Source of the DNA: Candidatus Paceibacter sp.
Lineage (GTDB): Bacteria > Patescibacteriota > Patescibacteriia > S139-126
NCBI GenBank assembly: GCA_020724865.1
Contig: DYGA01000005.1
Coordinates: 4,094-68,093, forward strand
Direction: 5' to 3'
DNA: 64,000 nucleotides
Below the pieces are notes generated by a model. It ran no database searches, was not told the origin of the DNA, and worked only from the letters and a program-made list of their open reading frames with translations. Made by a program: the position numbers and the translations under genes. Of this stretch, positions 30,402 through 40,124 are shown piece after piece. Positions within the stretch are counted from its first letter, which is position 1, and every line of letters starts with the position of its first letter.

Positions 30402-31694
30402 ATGGAAATTTTTCTCAAAGATATTGCCAAATATAAAGATCAAACCGTCACCATCAAAGGATGGGTTTTTAATTTACGTTCTTCTGGTAAGATTATTTTT
30501 TTGCAAATTAGAGATGGTAGCGGTTTTATACAGGCAGTTGCCAATCAAAGTGAATTAGCGGCCGAAAAATGGGAGCAAGTAAAAAAAATAACCATTGAAT
30601 CAAGTATTTCAGTAACGGGTCAAGTCATAGCTCATCCTAAACAGATTGGAGTATATGAGTTACAAGTAAAAAATTTACAAATTGTACAAATTGCCAAAGA
30701 GTGGCCAATTGGGAAAAAAGAGCATGGGCCTGAATTTTTACTCGATCATAGACATTTGTGGTTGCGAAGTCAAAAACAATGGGCTATACAAAGAGTAAGA
30801 AATTCAGTTATTAACGCAATTTACGAATATTTGAATAACAATGGTTTTATAAAAATTGATGCACCGATTTTAACTCCTACTTCTTGTGAAGGCACAACGA
30901 CTTTATTTGCAGTACCTTATTTTGATTTGGGTAGCGCTTATTTGTCACAAAGTGGGCAGTTATATATTGAAGCAGCAATTTTTTCTCATGGTAGGGTGTT
31001 TGATTTTGGTCCCGTGTTTAGAGCTGAAAAATCAAAAACTAGACGTCATCTGACAGAATTTTGGATGATGGATGCCGAAGCTGCTTTTGTTGAACACGAA
31101 GAGAATATGAAGATTCAGGAAGAGCTGATTAGTTTTGTAGTCAATAAAGTTTTGACTGATAATTTGTTTGAATTAAATATTTTAGAACGCGATCTGGAAC
31201 CGCTTAAAAAGATAAAACCGCCGTTTGTTCGTATGACTCATGCTGAGGCGGTAAAAAAATTACAAAGTTTAGGCAGTGATATTAAACCCGGCGAAGATTT
31301 AGGTGGTGACGATGAAACTTTGCTTACCAAAGATAGTCCCGTCCCGATTTTTGTTGAAAAATGGCCCAAAAGCATCAAAGCTTTTTATATGCGTCGAGAT
31401 CCAAATAATCCTGAAGTTGTCTTAGGTGCAGATTTGATAGCCCCAGAAGGATTTGGTGAGGTAATTGGCGGTTCGGAACGCGAAACTGATTATGAAGTAT
31501 TGGTCAAAAGAATGCAGGAAGAAAAATTACCCCTAGAACCATTTCAGTGGTATTTGGATTTACGGCAATATGGCAGCGTGCCACATTCAGGTTTTGGCAT
31601 TGGTCTAGAACGTTTAGTCGGTTGGATGTGTGGTACTCATCATATTCGGGAAACAATTCCTTTTCCCAGAATGATTAATCGTTTGACCCCTTAA
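30402..31694 (+). CDS. asnS: Asparaginyl-tRNA synthetase
   Basis: Class IIb: N-terminal OB fold, motif 2 FRAEKSKTRRHLTEFWMMDAE, motif 3 GFGIGLERLV. It is 430 aa. Confidence 0.88.
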   Translation: MEIFLKDIAKYKDQTVTIKGWVFNLRSSGKIIFLQIRDGSGFIQAVANQSELAAEKWEQVKKITIESSISVTGQVIAHPKQIGVYELQVKNLQIVQIAKEWPIGKKEHGPEFLLDHRHLWLRSQKQWAIQRVRNSVINAIYEYLNNNGFIKIDAPILTPTSCEGTTTLFAVPYFDLGSAYLSQSGQLYIEAAIFSHGRVFDFGPVFRAEKSKTRRHLTEFWMMDAEAAFVEHEENMKIQEELISFVVNKVLTDNLFELNILERDLEPLKKIKPPFVRMTHAEAVKKLQSLGSDIKPGEDLGGDDETLLTKDSPVPIFVEKWPKSIKAFYMRRDPNNPEVVLGADLIAPEGFGEVIGGSERETDYEVLVKRMQEEKLPLEPFQWYLDLRQYGSVPHSGFGIGLERLVGWMCGTHHIRETIPFPRMINRLTP

Positions 31695-31705
31695 TTTTTT
31701 TATTC

Positions 31706-32644
31706 ATGTATTACTTGTTTTTAGGTTTAATTTTATTACTACTATTTTATTTCTTAGGTAAATGTGCAGATATTGTGGTTATAAATGCCCGAAAATTAGG
31801 GGAAGATTTGGATATTAAAGTATTTTTTTTAGGAATAATTTTAGGCTTTTTTACTACTTTACCCGAACTGTCTTTGGGTATTAATGCTTTTATTAATAAT
31901 TTGTCAGAAATTTCTTTAGGTAATTTATTGGGTGGAGTTATTATTTTATTCACTTTGATATTGGGTAGCAGTATAGTTATTAATAGAAAAATTTCTACAC
32001 ATGATATTTTAAAAGATATTGGTCCAATATTATTTTTTTTATTATTGCCTATAATTTTAGGATTAAAAGGTAATTTAGGTATTGTTGATGGCATTTTTAT
32101 TATTCTTGGTTATATTGTTTTGATTTTTTATTTATTTAAGAGAAATAATACTATCACCACTTTTGGTATTCATGTGGTGAGTAAAAAAGAAACTATCAAA
32201 AGAGTAATATACATTGTTATCGGTTTAGCTCTAATAATGTTGTTATCAAATTTAATTATTAATGTGGCCAATCGATTATTGGATCATTTTATTTTGCCCG
32301 CATTTTTAGTGGGTTTAATATTTTTTGCTCTTGGCACAAATTTACCTGAAATAACGTTGGTATTTCGGTCGTGGCAGAGAGGCGCAGAAGATTTATCTTT
32401 GAGTAATCTATTTGGTTCGGCCATGGCCAATGTTTTACTAATTGGTGTTTTTATTTCTATACGTAAGGTTTTTATAGAGGTGGATTTATCTTATATTATT
32501 TTAGCTTTAACCTATGCCGTATTGTTTGTATTGTTAATTATTTTTGCTCGGACTAACAAAGAATTCAAAAGAGTTGAGGGCATGATTTTGTTGGGAGTTT
32601 ATATTTTATTTTTATTTATCCAGACGTTTTTGTTTTTAAATTAA
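31706..32644 (+). CDS. CaCA-family Na+/Ca2+ exchanger (YrbG-like), copy 1
   Basis: Two alpha-repeat motifs (TTLPELSLG, GTNLPEITLV) and 10 TM. Confidence 0.75.
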   Translation: MYYLFLGLILLLLFYFLGKCADIVVINARKLGEDLDIKVFFLGIILGFFTTLPELSLGINAFINNLSEISLGNLLGGVIILFTLILGSSIVINRKISTHDILKDIGPILFFLLLPIILGLKGNLGIVDGIFIILGYIVLIFYLFKRNNTITTFGIHVVSKKETIKRVIYIVIGLALIMLLSNLIINVANRLLDHFILPAFLVGLIFFALGTNLPEITLVFRSWQRGAEDLSLSNLFGSAMANVLLIGVFISIRKVFIEVDLSYIILALTYAVLFVLLIIFARTNKEFKRVEGMILLGVYILFLFIQTFLFLN

Positions 32645-32648
32645 ATAA

Positions 32649-33752
32649 ATGAAAAAGAGATTTTACCATATTTTATTGTCAATATTTTTTGCTCTAATGT
32701 CTTTAGCTGTGATTTATCTAGTTTTTGCCAGTATTGAAGGAAAAAAAATAAATGATAAAAATTTTTTGTTTTTGCCTACAAAAGAAAACAAAGTTTCCCA
32801 AAAATTATTAGCCGGTGATTATGCCGTATTTAGCACAGTTACAAAGATTGGTGAAAATTATGAGTTTGGTTTATGGCGTTACTTGGTAGGAATTGATGGT
32901 TTAGTTAAATTTTATAGTTTGAAAATAAATCAATTGGAACAACTGCCAGTAGCGAGTAAATTTAGTGCTGAAAGTGTTAGCGTCCATTTAAATGATCAGC
33001 ATACTTTAGTACATATTAATGGCGACGTAATTGGTCCAGCCGAAAATAATCAAGCTCTTATTTCTCCGGATCGTAATTGGCTAGCTTATACTGAATTTTC
33101 TACCAGTGGTCCGGCAACAATTTATTTGAAAAGTATAATTGATAATCAAAGTATAGTTGTTTTAACCAGTGGCACTGACAACATCAACCCTAATCAAGAT
33201 AATTTTAAAGTATTGGCCTGGTCGGACGATAGCAAAGTATTGTATGTGCAGAATAATAAAAAAATTTATAAATTTTTTCCGCAAATTTTAGATATTACTG
33301 AAATCACCAATTTAACCAATTTAAATGCTGATAAATTTTTTTTACAACCCCAGGCAGATATTATTATGGCGATAGTTGATTCCAATGGTGTTAGTAGTTT
33401 ATATTTAGTCAATGCAAAAACTGATGAAAGTTTATTTGTATTATCTAACACCGCCGCAGATATTATAAATGCATATTATGACCAAACAACCAATAAGATT
33501 ATTTATAATTTAGATTCTTCTGATCCTCAGGTATGGCAAGTTGATATTTCTCATCCTCAAGTAGTTAGTCAAAATTTTTTACACTCAGGCAAGTTGCTGT
33601 CTTGGCCAGAAGATGATAAATTTATAATTCAAAAAAATCAAGATATTTATTTATATTCAAAAAAAGAAAATAGCACGCAATTGATTTTTTCTGCTAGCAG
33701 CACTACGGACTTGGTAAAAATTTATTTTCTTGATATGTTTAAAATAAATTAA
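32649..33752 (+). CDS. Membrane-anchored protein with putative beta-propeller (PD40/TolB-like) repeats
   Basis: N-terminal TM, then repeated ...SPD..WLAY... / WSDDSKVLYV segments. Confidence 0.35.
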   Translation: MKKRFYHILLSIFFALMSLAVIYLVFASIEGKKINDKNFLFLPTKENKVSQKLLAGDYAVFSTVTKIGENYEFGLWRYLVGIDGLVKFYSLKINQLEQLPVASKFSAESVSVHLNDQHTLVHINGDVIGPAENNQALISPDRNWLAYTEFSTSGPATIYLKSIIDNQSIVVLTSGTDNINPNQDNFKVLAWSDDSKVLYVQNNKKIYKFFPQILDITEITNLTNLNADKFFLQPQADIIMAIVDSNGVSSLYLVNAKTDESLFVLSNTAADIINAYYDQTTNKIIYNLDSSDPQVWQVDISHPQVVSQNFLHSGKLLSWPEDDKFIIQKNQDIYLYSKKENSTQLIFSASSTTDLVKIYFLDMFKIN

Positions 33753-33761
33753 TATATACTT

Positions 33762-34721
33762 ATGTTATTTTTATGGTTAGGAATTTTTATATTTAGTTTA
33801 GCGGTATTGATAAAATCGGCTGATTGGTTCACGGCAGCCGCTGAAAAAATCGGTGAAGCTTTTCGTGTTTCACCTTTTATGATTGGTATTACTATTGTTA
33901 GTGTGGGGACTTCATTGCCTGAACTGGCTACCTCATTGATTGGGTTATGGCAAGGAGACAGTACAATTGCTATTGCCAATGCAGTGGGTTCAAATATTGC
34001 CAATATTTTATTGGTAGTCGGAGTAGCAGCTATAGTCGGCGGGGCATTAAAAGTAAATAGAAGTTTAATTGATATTGATTTGCCCTTGCTTTTAGGGGTA
34101 ACTTTACTGGTTACTTTTATGTTGTGGGATGGTGATATGATTTGGCAGGAAGGTTTAGTAGCGATACTGTTTTATATTGTTTATATTTTTTATAGCGCTA
34201 AAATTTCAGAAAAAAGAGATTATATTCCTTTTGTTAACCGTTTTCATTTGGAAAGAAAAATTCATCACATAAAGATTCCTTGGTCAGCTATGGGTATTTT
34301 GGGGTTAGGTGCGATTGGCGTATATTTTGGGGCAGATTGGACAGTTAAAGCCACTTTGAAAATTGCTGAAATTCTCCAAGTTAATTCATCTGCAGTAGTA
34401 ATGTCAGCCCTTGCTGTGGGTACATCATTGCCTGAATTAATAGTGTCAGCATCAGCTGCTTTTAAGGGTAAATATGAAATTGCTTTGGGTAATGTTTTTG
34501 GATCCAATATATTTAATTTACTAATAGTAGTTGGAGTGCCAGCTTTATTTGCTCCTCTAACAGTTGATGAAAATAGTTTAATAATTGGTTTGCCAGTAAT
34601 GGTGTTGGCTACGATTATTTATACTTTTTCTGGCATTTCCCAAAAAATTAATAAGTGGGAAGGTATGATTTATATTTTTCTTTATTTTATTTTTGTAGTA
34701 AAGTTATTTAAGCTATTTTAA
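33762..34721 (+). CDS. CaCA-family Na+/Ca2+ exchanger (YrbG-like), copy 2
   Basis: GTSLPELATS and GTSLPELIVS alpha repeats. Confidence 0.78.
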   Translation: MLFLWLGIFIFSLAVLIKSADWFTAAAEKIGEAFRVSPFMIGITIVSVGTSLPELATSLIGLWQGDSTIAIANAVGSNIANILLVVGVAAIVGGALKVNRSLIDIDLPLLLGVTLLVTFMLWDGDMIWQEGLVAILFYIVYIFYSAKISEKRDYIPFVNRFHLERKIHHIKIPWSAMGILGLGAIGVYFGADWTVKATLKIAEILQVNSSAVVMSALAVGTSLPELIVSASAAFKGKYEIALGNVFGSNIFNLLIVVGVPALFAPLTVDENSLIIGLPVMVLATIIYTFSGISQKINKWEGMIYIFLYFIFVVKLFKLF

Positions 34722-34729
34722 TTTAATAT

Positions 34730-36136
34730 ATGAAAATTACTAATATTCAAACTATTGAAAAAATTGGCGCAGAAGTTCAATTGGCTGGCTGGATTCAAAG
34801 TTTACGTAAAATGGGTAAAATTGTTTTTATTGATTTACGCGACCGCAGCAGTTTATTGCAAGTGGTGTTAGTGCCTAGTGAATTGGATGTTGATTCGCAG
34901 GAACAAATGAAAAAATTGAAACCCGAAAGTGTTATAAGTGTAATTGGTGTTGTTCAAGCTAGAGGTGAAAAACAAATCAATCCTAATTTACCAACTGGTT
35001 CGGTTGAAGTATTGGCAAAAAGTTTAAAAATTTTTAGTGAATCATTAACCCCACCTTTTGAAATAGTAAATGAGGACAGACAAGCCAATGAAGAATTGAG
35101 ATTGAAATATAGGTATTTAGATTTACGTCATGAGCGAATGAAAAATAATATTATTTTACGTCATAAAATTGTTAGATTTATCAGAGAGTATTTTTATAAT
35201 CATGATTTTTTAGAGATTGAAACTCCTTATATTTCTAAATCAACTCCTGAAGGAGCAAGAGATTTTTTAGTTCCATCACGAAATTTTCCCGGTAAATTTT
35301 ACGCTTTACCACAATCACCACAACAGTATAAGCAGTTATTGATGGTAGCTGGTATGGAAAAATATTTTCAGATTGTCAGATGTTTTCGCGATGAAGATCA
35401 ACGCGGTGACAGGCAAGCCGAATTTACCCAACTAGATGTGGAAATGAGTTTTGTCACCCAGGAAGATATATTACAATTGATTGAAGAATTATTCATACAA
35501 TTGGTCAAAAACATCTTGCCTCAGAAAAAATTTACTAGCCAACCTTTTGTTCGTTTAACTTATCAGCAAGCCATGGAGCAATATGGATCTGATCGTCCAG
35601 ATTTACGCCAGGATAAATCTGATCCTGATGAATTGGCTTTTGTTTGGGTTACTGATTTTCCCATGTTTGAATATAAAAGCGGTGATCAACGTTGGGGAGC
35701 TGCCCATCATCCCTTTACAGCCATCAACCCACAAGATTTAGAAAAATTGCAAGATCCTAAAAAAATGGGAGAAATCAAGGCCTTACAATATGATTTAGTT
35801 TTAAATGGTTATGAAATTGCTGGCGGATCAATTCGCACTCATGAAGCAAATGTATTACATAGAGTTTTTGAATTATTGGGGCATACTAACGAAGAAATTC
35901 AAGCAAAATTTGGTCATTTATTGGAAGCATTTAAATATGGCGTGCCACCACATGGCGGTATAGCTGCTGGTTTAGATCGAGTAGTAATGGTTTTAGCTAA
36001 CGAGCCATCTATCAGGGAAGTTATAGCTTTTCCTAAAACGTCAGATAATCGCGATCCTTTGATGGATTCACCCAGTGACGTAACTTTAGATCAACTTGAT
36101 GAGTTAGGGTTGAGTTTGAAAAAGCGCATAAATTAA
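34730..36136 (+). CDS. aspS: Aspartyl-tRNA synthetase, bacterial type but lacking the GAD insertion domain
   Basis: Bacterial motif 2 FRDEDQRGDRQAEFTQLDVEMSF. The DRPDLR segment is followed directly by WVTDFPMFE, the point where E. coli AspRS carries a roughly 130-aa GAD domain. It is 468 aa. Confidence 0.85.
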   Translation: MKITNIQTIEKIGAEVQLAGWIQSLRKMGKIVFIDLRDRSSLLQVVLVPSELDVDSQEQMKKLKPESVISVIGVVQARGEKQINPNLPTGSVEVLAKSLKIFSESLTPPFEIVNEDRQANEELRLKYRYLDLRHERMKNNIILRHKIVRFIREYFYNHDFLEIETPYISKSTPEGARDFLVPSRNFPGKFYALPQSPQQYKQLLMVAGMEKYFQIVRCFRDEDQRGDRQAEFTQLDVEMSFVTQEDILQLIEELFIQLVKNILPQKKFTSQPFVRLTYQQAMEQYGSDRPDLRQDKSDPDELAFVWVTDFPMFEYKSGDQRWGAAHHPFTAINPQDLEKLQDPKKMGEIKALQYDLVLNGYEIAGGSIRTHEANVLHRVFELLGHTNEEIQAKFGHLLEAFKYGVPPHGGIAAGLDRVVMVLANEPSIREVIAFPKTSDNRDPLMDSPSDVTLDQLDELGLSLKKRIN

Positions 36137-36148
36137 AATTAATAAATA

Positions 36149-36182
36149 AAATGCTCCGACTTGAAAGTCGGAGCTTTTTTAA
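36149..36182. terminator. Bidirectional terminator between aspS and the HIT gene
   Basis: gctccgact-tgaa-agtcggagc stem followed by T7. Confidence 0.8.
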
Positions 36183-36649
36183 AATATAAAATCATTAGTT
36201 ATTTTTTGGCAAGCGGTTTTCAATTGTTCGCAAATTGGTAAAATTTTTTTTGGAGGTAGAATTAAAGATTTGTTTTCTAACATTGAAAAAATTTTTGGAC
36301 CACGATATTGCCGCGGAATATTTTTAGTAATCGGAATGATATGCCAGTGTACATGCTCATAGCTAGGTTTTTCGGCAAAATGAGCGACATATACTTTGTC
36401 TGCCAGACAAACAGTTTTTAATATCTCAATAAAATAAGGTAATAGTATATGAAATTCATTCCATTCTTCTAATGTTAACTCCACCAATGATTGGCGATGA
36501 TGATTTAAGGTTAGTACCAGCCAGCCAGAAACAGGTGATTTTTGTTTATGTTCCAAACACCAATATTTGGTTTTAAGCAGACTACGGCATAGTGTCAAAT
36601 CTTTTTTATTGGTTAATTTGGCACAAATATGACAGTTATTTTTATACAT
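36179..36649 (-). CDS. HIT-family hydrolase
   Basis: N-terminal CHIC and a histidine triad HVHWHIIP. Confidence 0.65.
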   Translation of the reverse strand: MYKNNCHICAKLTNKKDLTLCRSLLKTKYWCLEHKQKSPVSGWLVLTLNHHRQSLVELTLEEWNEFHILLPYFIEILKTVCLADKVYVAHFAEKPSYEHVHWHIIPITKNIPRQYRGPKIFSMLENKSLILPPKKILPICEQLKTACQKITNDFIF

Positions 36650-36747
36650 TTTTATTCCTTTTTAAGTTACAAAATTGATTCAGTTTAACAATTATTAATT
36701 GTTTTTGTCAATATGACTTTTTGGTTGTTTTTGCTTATAATTAAGTT

Positions 36748-37062
36748 ATGAAACTGTCAAAATTACAAAGATTTATATTAAAAAAAGCCTATTTGAGCGA
36801 TCGAGTCAAAGTAACAAGACAGGTTTTTATGTCTTACTATGAAAATTTGAAAAAATCTCCTGCCAATAAATTACAAGTCAATATAGTCACTCAGAGTTTG
36901 GAACGATTAATTAACAAAGGTTTGATAGTTGGCTATGGCAGAAAAACTCAAGAAAAATTGTTTATTGATTCTATCCAACTGACCCCTAAGGGTAAAAAAA
37001 TGGCTAAAGAATTGTTAAGTAAACAAACGCCTTTACCTTTTTTAAAATCAATAAAAAAATAG
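36748..37062 (+). CDS. Hypothetical protein (104 aa)
   Basis: ORF with a plausible context. No recognisable motif. Confidence 0.4.
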   Translation: MKLSKLQRFILKKAYLSDRVKVTRQVFMSYYENLKKSPANKLQVNIVTQSLERLINKGLIVGYGRKTQEKLFIDSIQLTPKGKKMAKELLSKQTPLPFLKSIKK

Positions 37063-37085
37063 TTTAATTATTAAAGTAAAAAAAT

Positions 37086-37634
37086 ATGATTCCCAATAAA
37101 GTTAAAAATTATTTGCAGAAAAATCAGGCTAATTTTGAAATCATAGAACATCGCCCAGTATTTACAGCTCATGATCTAGCTATGACTTTACATATGCAAC
37201 ATAGTCAGATTGTAAAAAGTTTATTGGTTAAAGCAGATAATCAATATATTTTGGCCTTACTGCCGGCAGATAAAAATTTGGCTATGCAAAAGCTAGCCAA
37301 ATTGGTAAAAGCTAAAAAAATATCTATGCCCAAAGAAAAAGTGATGACAGAAAAATTTAAAGTAAAACCGGGGGCATTACCGGCCTTTGGGGGAATATAT
37401 AAATTACCAGTTTTTGTTGATAAAATTATTTTACGCCAAAAAAAGATTTTACTTTCTCCGGGTAGTTTTGTAGAAAGTGTTTTAATGAATCCCAAGGATT
37501 ATATAAAACTAGAGCAGGCAATTTTAGGAAGCTTTTCAGTAAATAAAAAATTTAAGCAACCAAAACTGACTAAACTGGGCAGAAAAGTAAAAAATGTTAC
37601 CAAAAAGAAAATGAATAAAATAAAGAAAAAATAA
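37086..37634 (+). CDS. YbaK/ProX-family aminoacyl-tRNA deacylase with a Lys-rich tail
   Basis: YbaK domain gestalt (FEIIEH...IVKSLLVKADNQYILALLP). Trans-editing function is inferred. Confidence 0.6.
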   Translation: MIPNKVKNYLQKNQANFEIIEHRPVFTAHDLAMTLHMQHSQIVKSLLVKADNQYILALLPADKNLAMQKLAKLVKAKKISMPKEKVMTEKFKVKPGALPAFGGIYKLPVFVDKIILRQKKILLSPGSFVESVLMNPKDYIKLEQAILGSFSVNKKFKQPKLTKLGRKVKNVTKKKMNKIKKK

Positions 37635-37640
37635 TACAAA

Positions 37641-37666
37641 AAAGCGACTCCCTTGAGTCGCTTTTA
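37641..37666 (+). terminator. Rho-independent terminator
   Basis: gcgactc-cctt-gagtcgc stem followed by TTTT. Confidence 0.7.
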
Positions 37667-37881
37667 GTAGGTTGATTTGCTTTTTAATAATTTGCCAATT
37701 CCGATAGCAAAAGCTAGATAAAGAATTAATATTAAAATTATTTCCATTATCATTTCCTTTTTTATTTACTATATATTAATTATATCATATTTTTTAATTT
37801 ATGTCAATATTAATTACTTTTAAATAAATGATAAATATGATAAAATATAAATGTAATCCCCATGCTAGAATTAGTATAAAT

Positions 37882-37897
37882 TGGCTAATTTTAGCCA
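37882..37897. promoter_or_regulatory. Perfect 16-bp palindrome TGGCTAATTTTAGCCA immediately upstream of scpA (copy 1 of 2)
   Basis: The identical palindrome recurs at 63669-63684. Confidence 0.4.
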
Positions 37898-37907
37898 ATT
37901 TTTAATT

Positions 37908-38609
37908 ATGAATGATAAACAAATAAAACTAGAACAATTTGAAGGACCATTAGGGCTATTGTTGGAATTGATAGAACAAGAACAATTGGATATTACTGAT
38001 TTATCTTTAGCCAAAGTAACTGATCAGTATATAGCTATTTTGGAAGCTCAAACTGAATTACACCCTGATGAGATTGCTGATTTTTTGTTGGTAGCTGCTA
38101 AATTGCTTTATTTAAAGTCAAAAGTTTTATCACCAGATTATTTTGTTGACGAACCAGCTGTCGAAACCGATTTGGCTAAACAGTTAAGGTTGTACCAAGA
38201 ATATATCCAGGTTGCCAAAAAAATCCAGCAACGCTGGCGGAATGACAATTACTTTTATTCTCGGATTAAACCTTGGAAATTACCCAAGCCAAAATTTATT
38301 CCCCCGCACAATATATCTGTGTCCGGTTTACAATTTTTGATGTCGGAGATATTATCTCAACTTGAACCTATTGCCAGATTGAAAATCAAAAAGATGAAAA
38401 CTACTGTTAGTATTAAAGATCGGATAGAATATATAAAAAATTATATTAAACAAAAAACTTCTTTTGCTTGGCATGATTTAGTTGCTCAGTCAGTAACTAA
38501 GACTGAACGGATTGTAAATTTTTTAGCAGTTTTGGAATTGGTTAAACAAAGGGAGGTTGAAGTTTATCAGGAAACAATTTTTGCCAATTTTATTATCAAG
38601 AAAAAATAA
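37908..38609 (+). CDS. scpA: Segregation and condensation protein A
   Basis: LEQFEGPLGLLLELIEQEQLDITDLSLAKVTDQY ScpA motif. ATG at 37908 is preferred over the TTG at 37881, which lies inside the palindrome. Confidence 0.85.
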   Translation: MNDKQIKLEQFEGPLGLLLELIEQEQLDITDLSLAKVTDQYIAILEAQTELHPDEIADFLLVAAKLLYLKSKVLSPDYFVDEPAVETDLAKQLRLYQEYIQVAKKIQQRWRNDNYFYSRIKPWKLPKPKFIPPHNISVSGLQFLMSEILSQLEPIARLKIKKMKTTVSIKDRIEYIKNYIKQKTSFAWHDLVAQSVTKTERIVNFLAVLELVKQREVEVYQETIFANFIIKKK

Positions 38610-38622
38610 TAAATCTTAAAAT

Positions 38623-39189
38623 ATGTCTTCAGATCATTTATTAAAAATACAAACACTTTTATTGTTATCTCATAAACCGGTTAAATTTAAAGAATTGGCC
38701 ACAGTTTTATCCGTAGAAGTTAATACGATAAAAAAATATATAAATGATTTACGAGAACAGTTCAACACCCCGACCTCTGGTTGGTGGGTGGTAGAAACAA
38801 ATGATGCGGCTCAGTTGGTTACCAATCCATCGCAAGCTGATTTTATTGAATCTTATTTGGAAGTTGAACAACTATCAGAATTGACCCGACCAGCTTTAGA
38901 AGCATTGACAATTATTTCCTATAGTGGACCAATTGCCAAATCTACTTTAGATAGAATCAGAGGAGTTAATTGTGCTTTGATTTTACGCAATTTGATGATT
39001 AAGGGTTTAATTGAGGAAATATACAATAATGGAGAAAAACAATATCAAGTCACCATGGATTTTATAAAACATTTAGGTCTTTCTGATATTACTGAATTGC
39101 CGGATTATGCTAAATTTCATCAACATGAATTTATTGAATCTATTATGGCCAATAATAAAACTGATGAGGAAAATATAGAGAGGGGTTGA
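38623..39189 (+). CDS. scpB: Segregation and condensation protein B
   Basis: Two winged-helix repeats typical of ScpB, downstream of scpA. Confidence 0.85.
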   Translation: MSSDHLLKIQTLLLLSHKPVKFKELATVLSVEVNTIKKYINDLREQFNTPTSGWWVVETNDAAQLVTNPSQADFIESYLEVEQLSELTRPALEALTIISYSGPIAKSTLDRIRGVNCALILRNLMIKGLIEEIYNNGEKQYQVTMDFIKHLGLSDITELPDYAKFHQHEFIESIMANNKTDEENIERG

Positions 39190-40067
39190 AATATATGTTT
39201 CAGTTTTTGATTTCTTTTTTTCTAACCACGCTTTTGTCCAATAGTTTAATTTTGCCAGTTAACAACAATTTAGTAACCACCAATTCAATATTTCCAGTAA
39301 GAGATTTTAGTAATAATAGTATTGGTGTAGAAGTAACAGCAAAAGCCGCTTTGGTAGTTGATAAAAGTACGGAAAAAATATTATTTGCTAAAAATGAACA
39401 AATTGCTTTACCTCTAGCCAGCATTACCAAGTTATTGACGGCATTAGTTTTTTTGGATACGAATCCCGATTGGCAAAAAATAGTAACCATGGAACCGGTT
39501 GACGAAGTTTATCGGGCAAAATATGTGTATCGGGGTGAAAAATGGTCAGTTAAAGATTTATTTAACACCATGCTGATTGGTTCTGATAACAATGCTACCA
39601 TGGCTTTGGTGAGGTCCACTGGTTTAACCACAGCGGATTTTGTCAAACAGATGAACAATAAAGCCAAGCAGATAGGCATGAATAGTAGTTTTTTTCTTGA
39701 TCCAACTGGATTATCAGAAAAGAATGTAGCTTCAGCATATGATATTTGGTTATTAGCCAAGACGGCTTGGGCAGAACCGTTGATTATCCAAACTACCTCG
39801 CGATCAAGTTATGTTTTAATGGCAGAAAATTCCCAGATAGTCAGAAGAGTAATAAATACCAATTTGTTACTCAACAGTTTTTTAGAAATAAAAGCTGGTA
39901 AAACTGGCTTTATTGAAGAGGCGGGTTATTGTCTAACTACTTTAGCAGCCAATACAGCTGGCAATGAAATTTATTTAGTAGTTTTAGGCAGCGCTACAGA
40001 AAATGATCGCTGGCAAGATGCCAAAGCTTTAGCTTGGTGGACTTTTAATAACTGGTTGTGGCCTTAG
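39186..40067 (+). CDS. D-alanyl-D-alanine carboxypeptidase (peptidase S11, PBP5-like)
   Basis: SITK (SxxK), SDNN (SxN) and KTG motifs. Confidence 0.8.
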   Translation: MKYMFQFLISFFLTTLLSNSLILPVNNNLVTTNSIFPVRDFSNNSIGVEVTAKAALVVDKSTEKILFAKNEQIALPLASITKLLTALVFLDTNPDWQKIVTMEPVDEVYRAKYVYRGEKWSVKDLFNTMLIGSDNNATMALVRSTGLTTADFVKQMNNKAKQIGMNSSFFLDPTGLSEKNVASAYDIWLLAKTAWAEPLIIQTTSRSSYVLMAENSQIVRRVINTNLLLNSFLEIKAGKTGFIEEAGYCLTTLAANTAGNEIYLVVLGSATENDRWQDAKALAWWTFNNWLWP

Positions 40068-40124
40068 TTGCTATTTTAAGCTTAATTTATTAAACTATCA
40101 TTGTTTATAAAATAATTAATTTTC

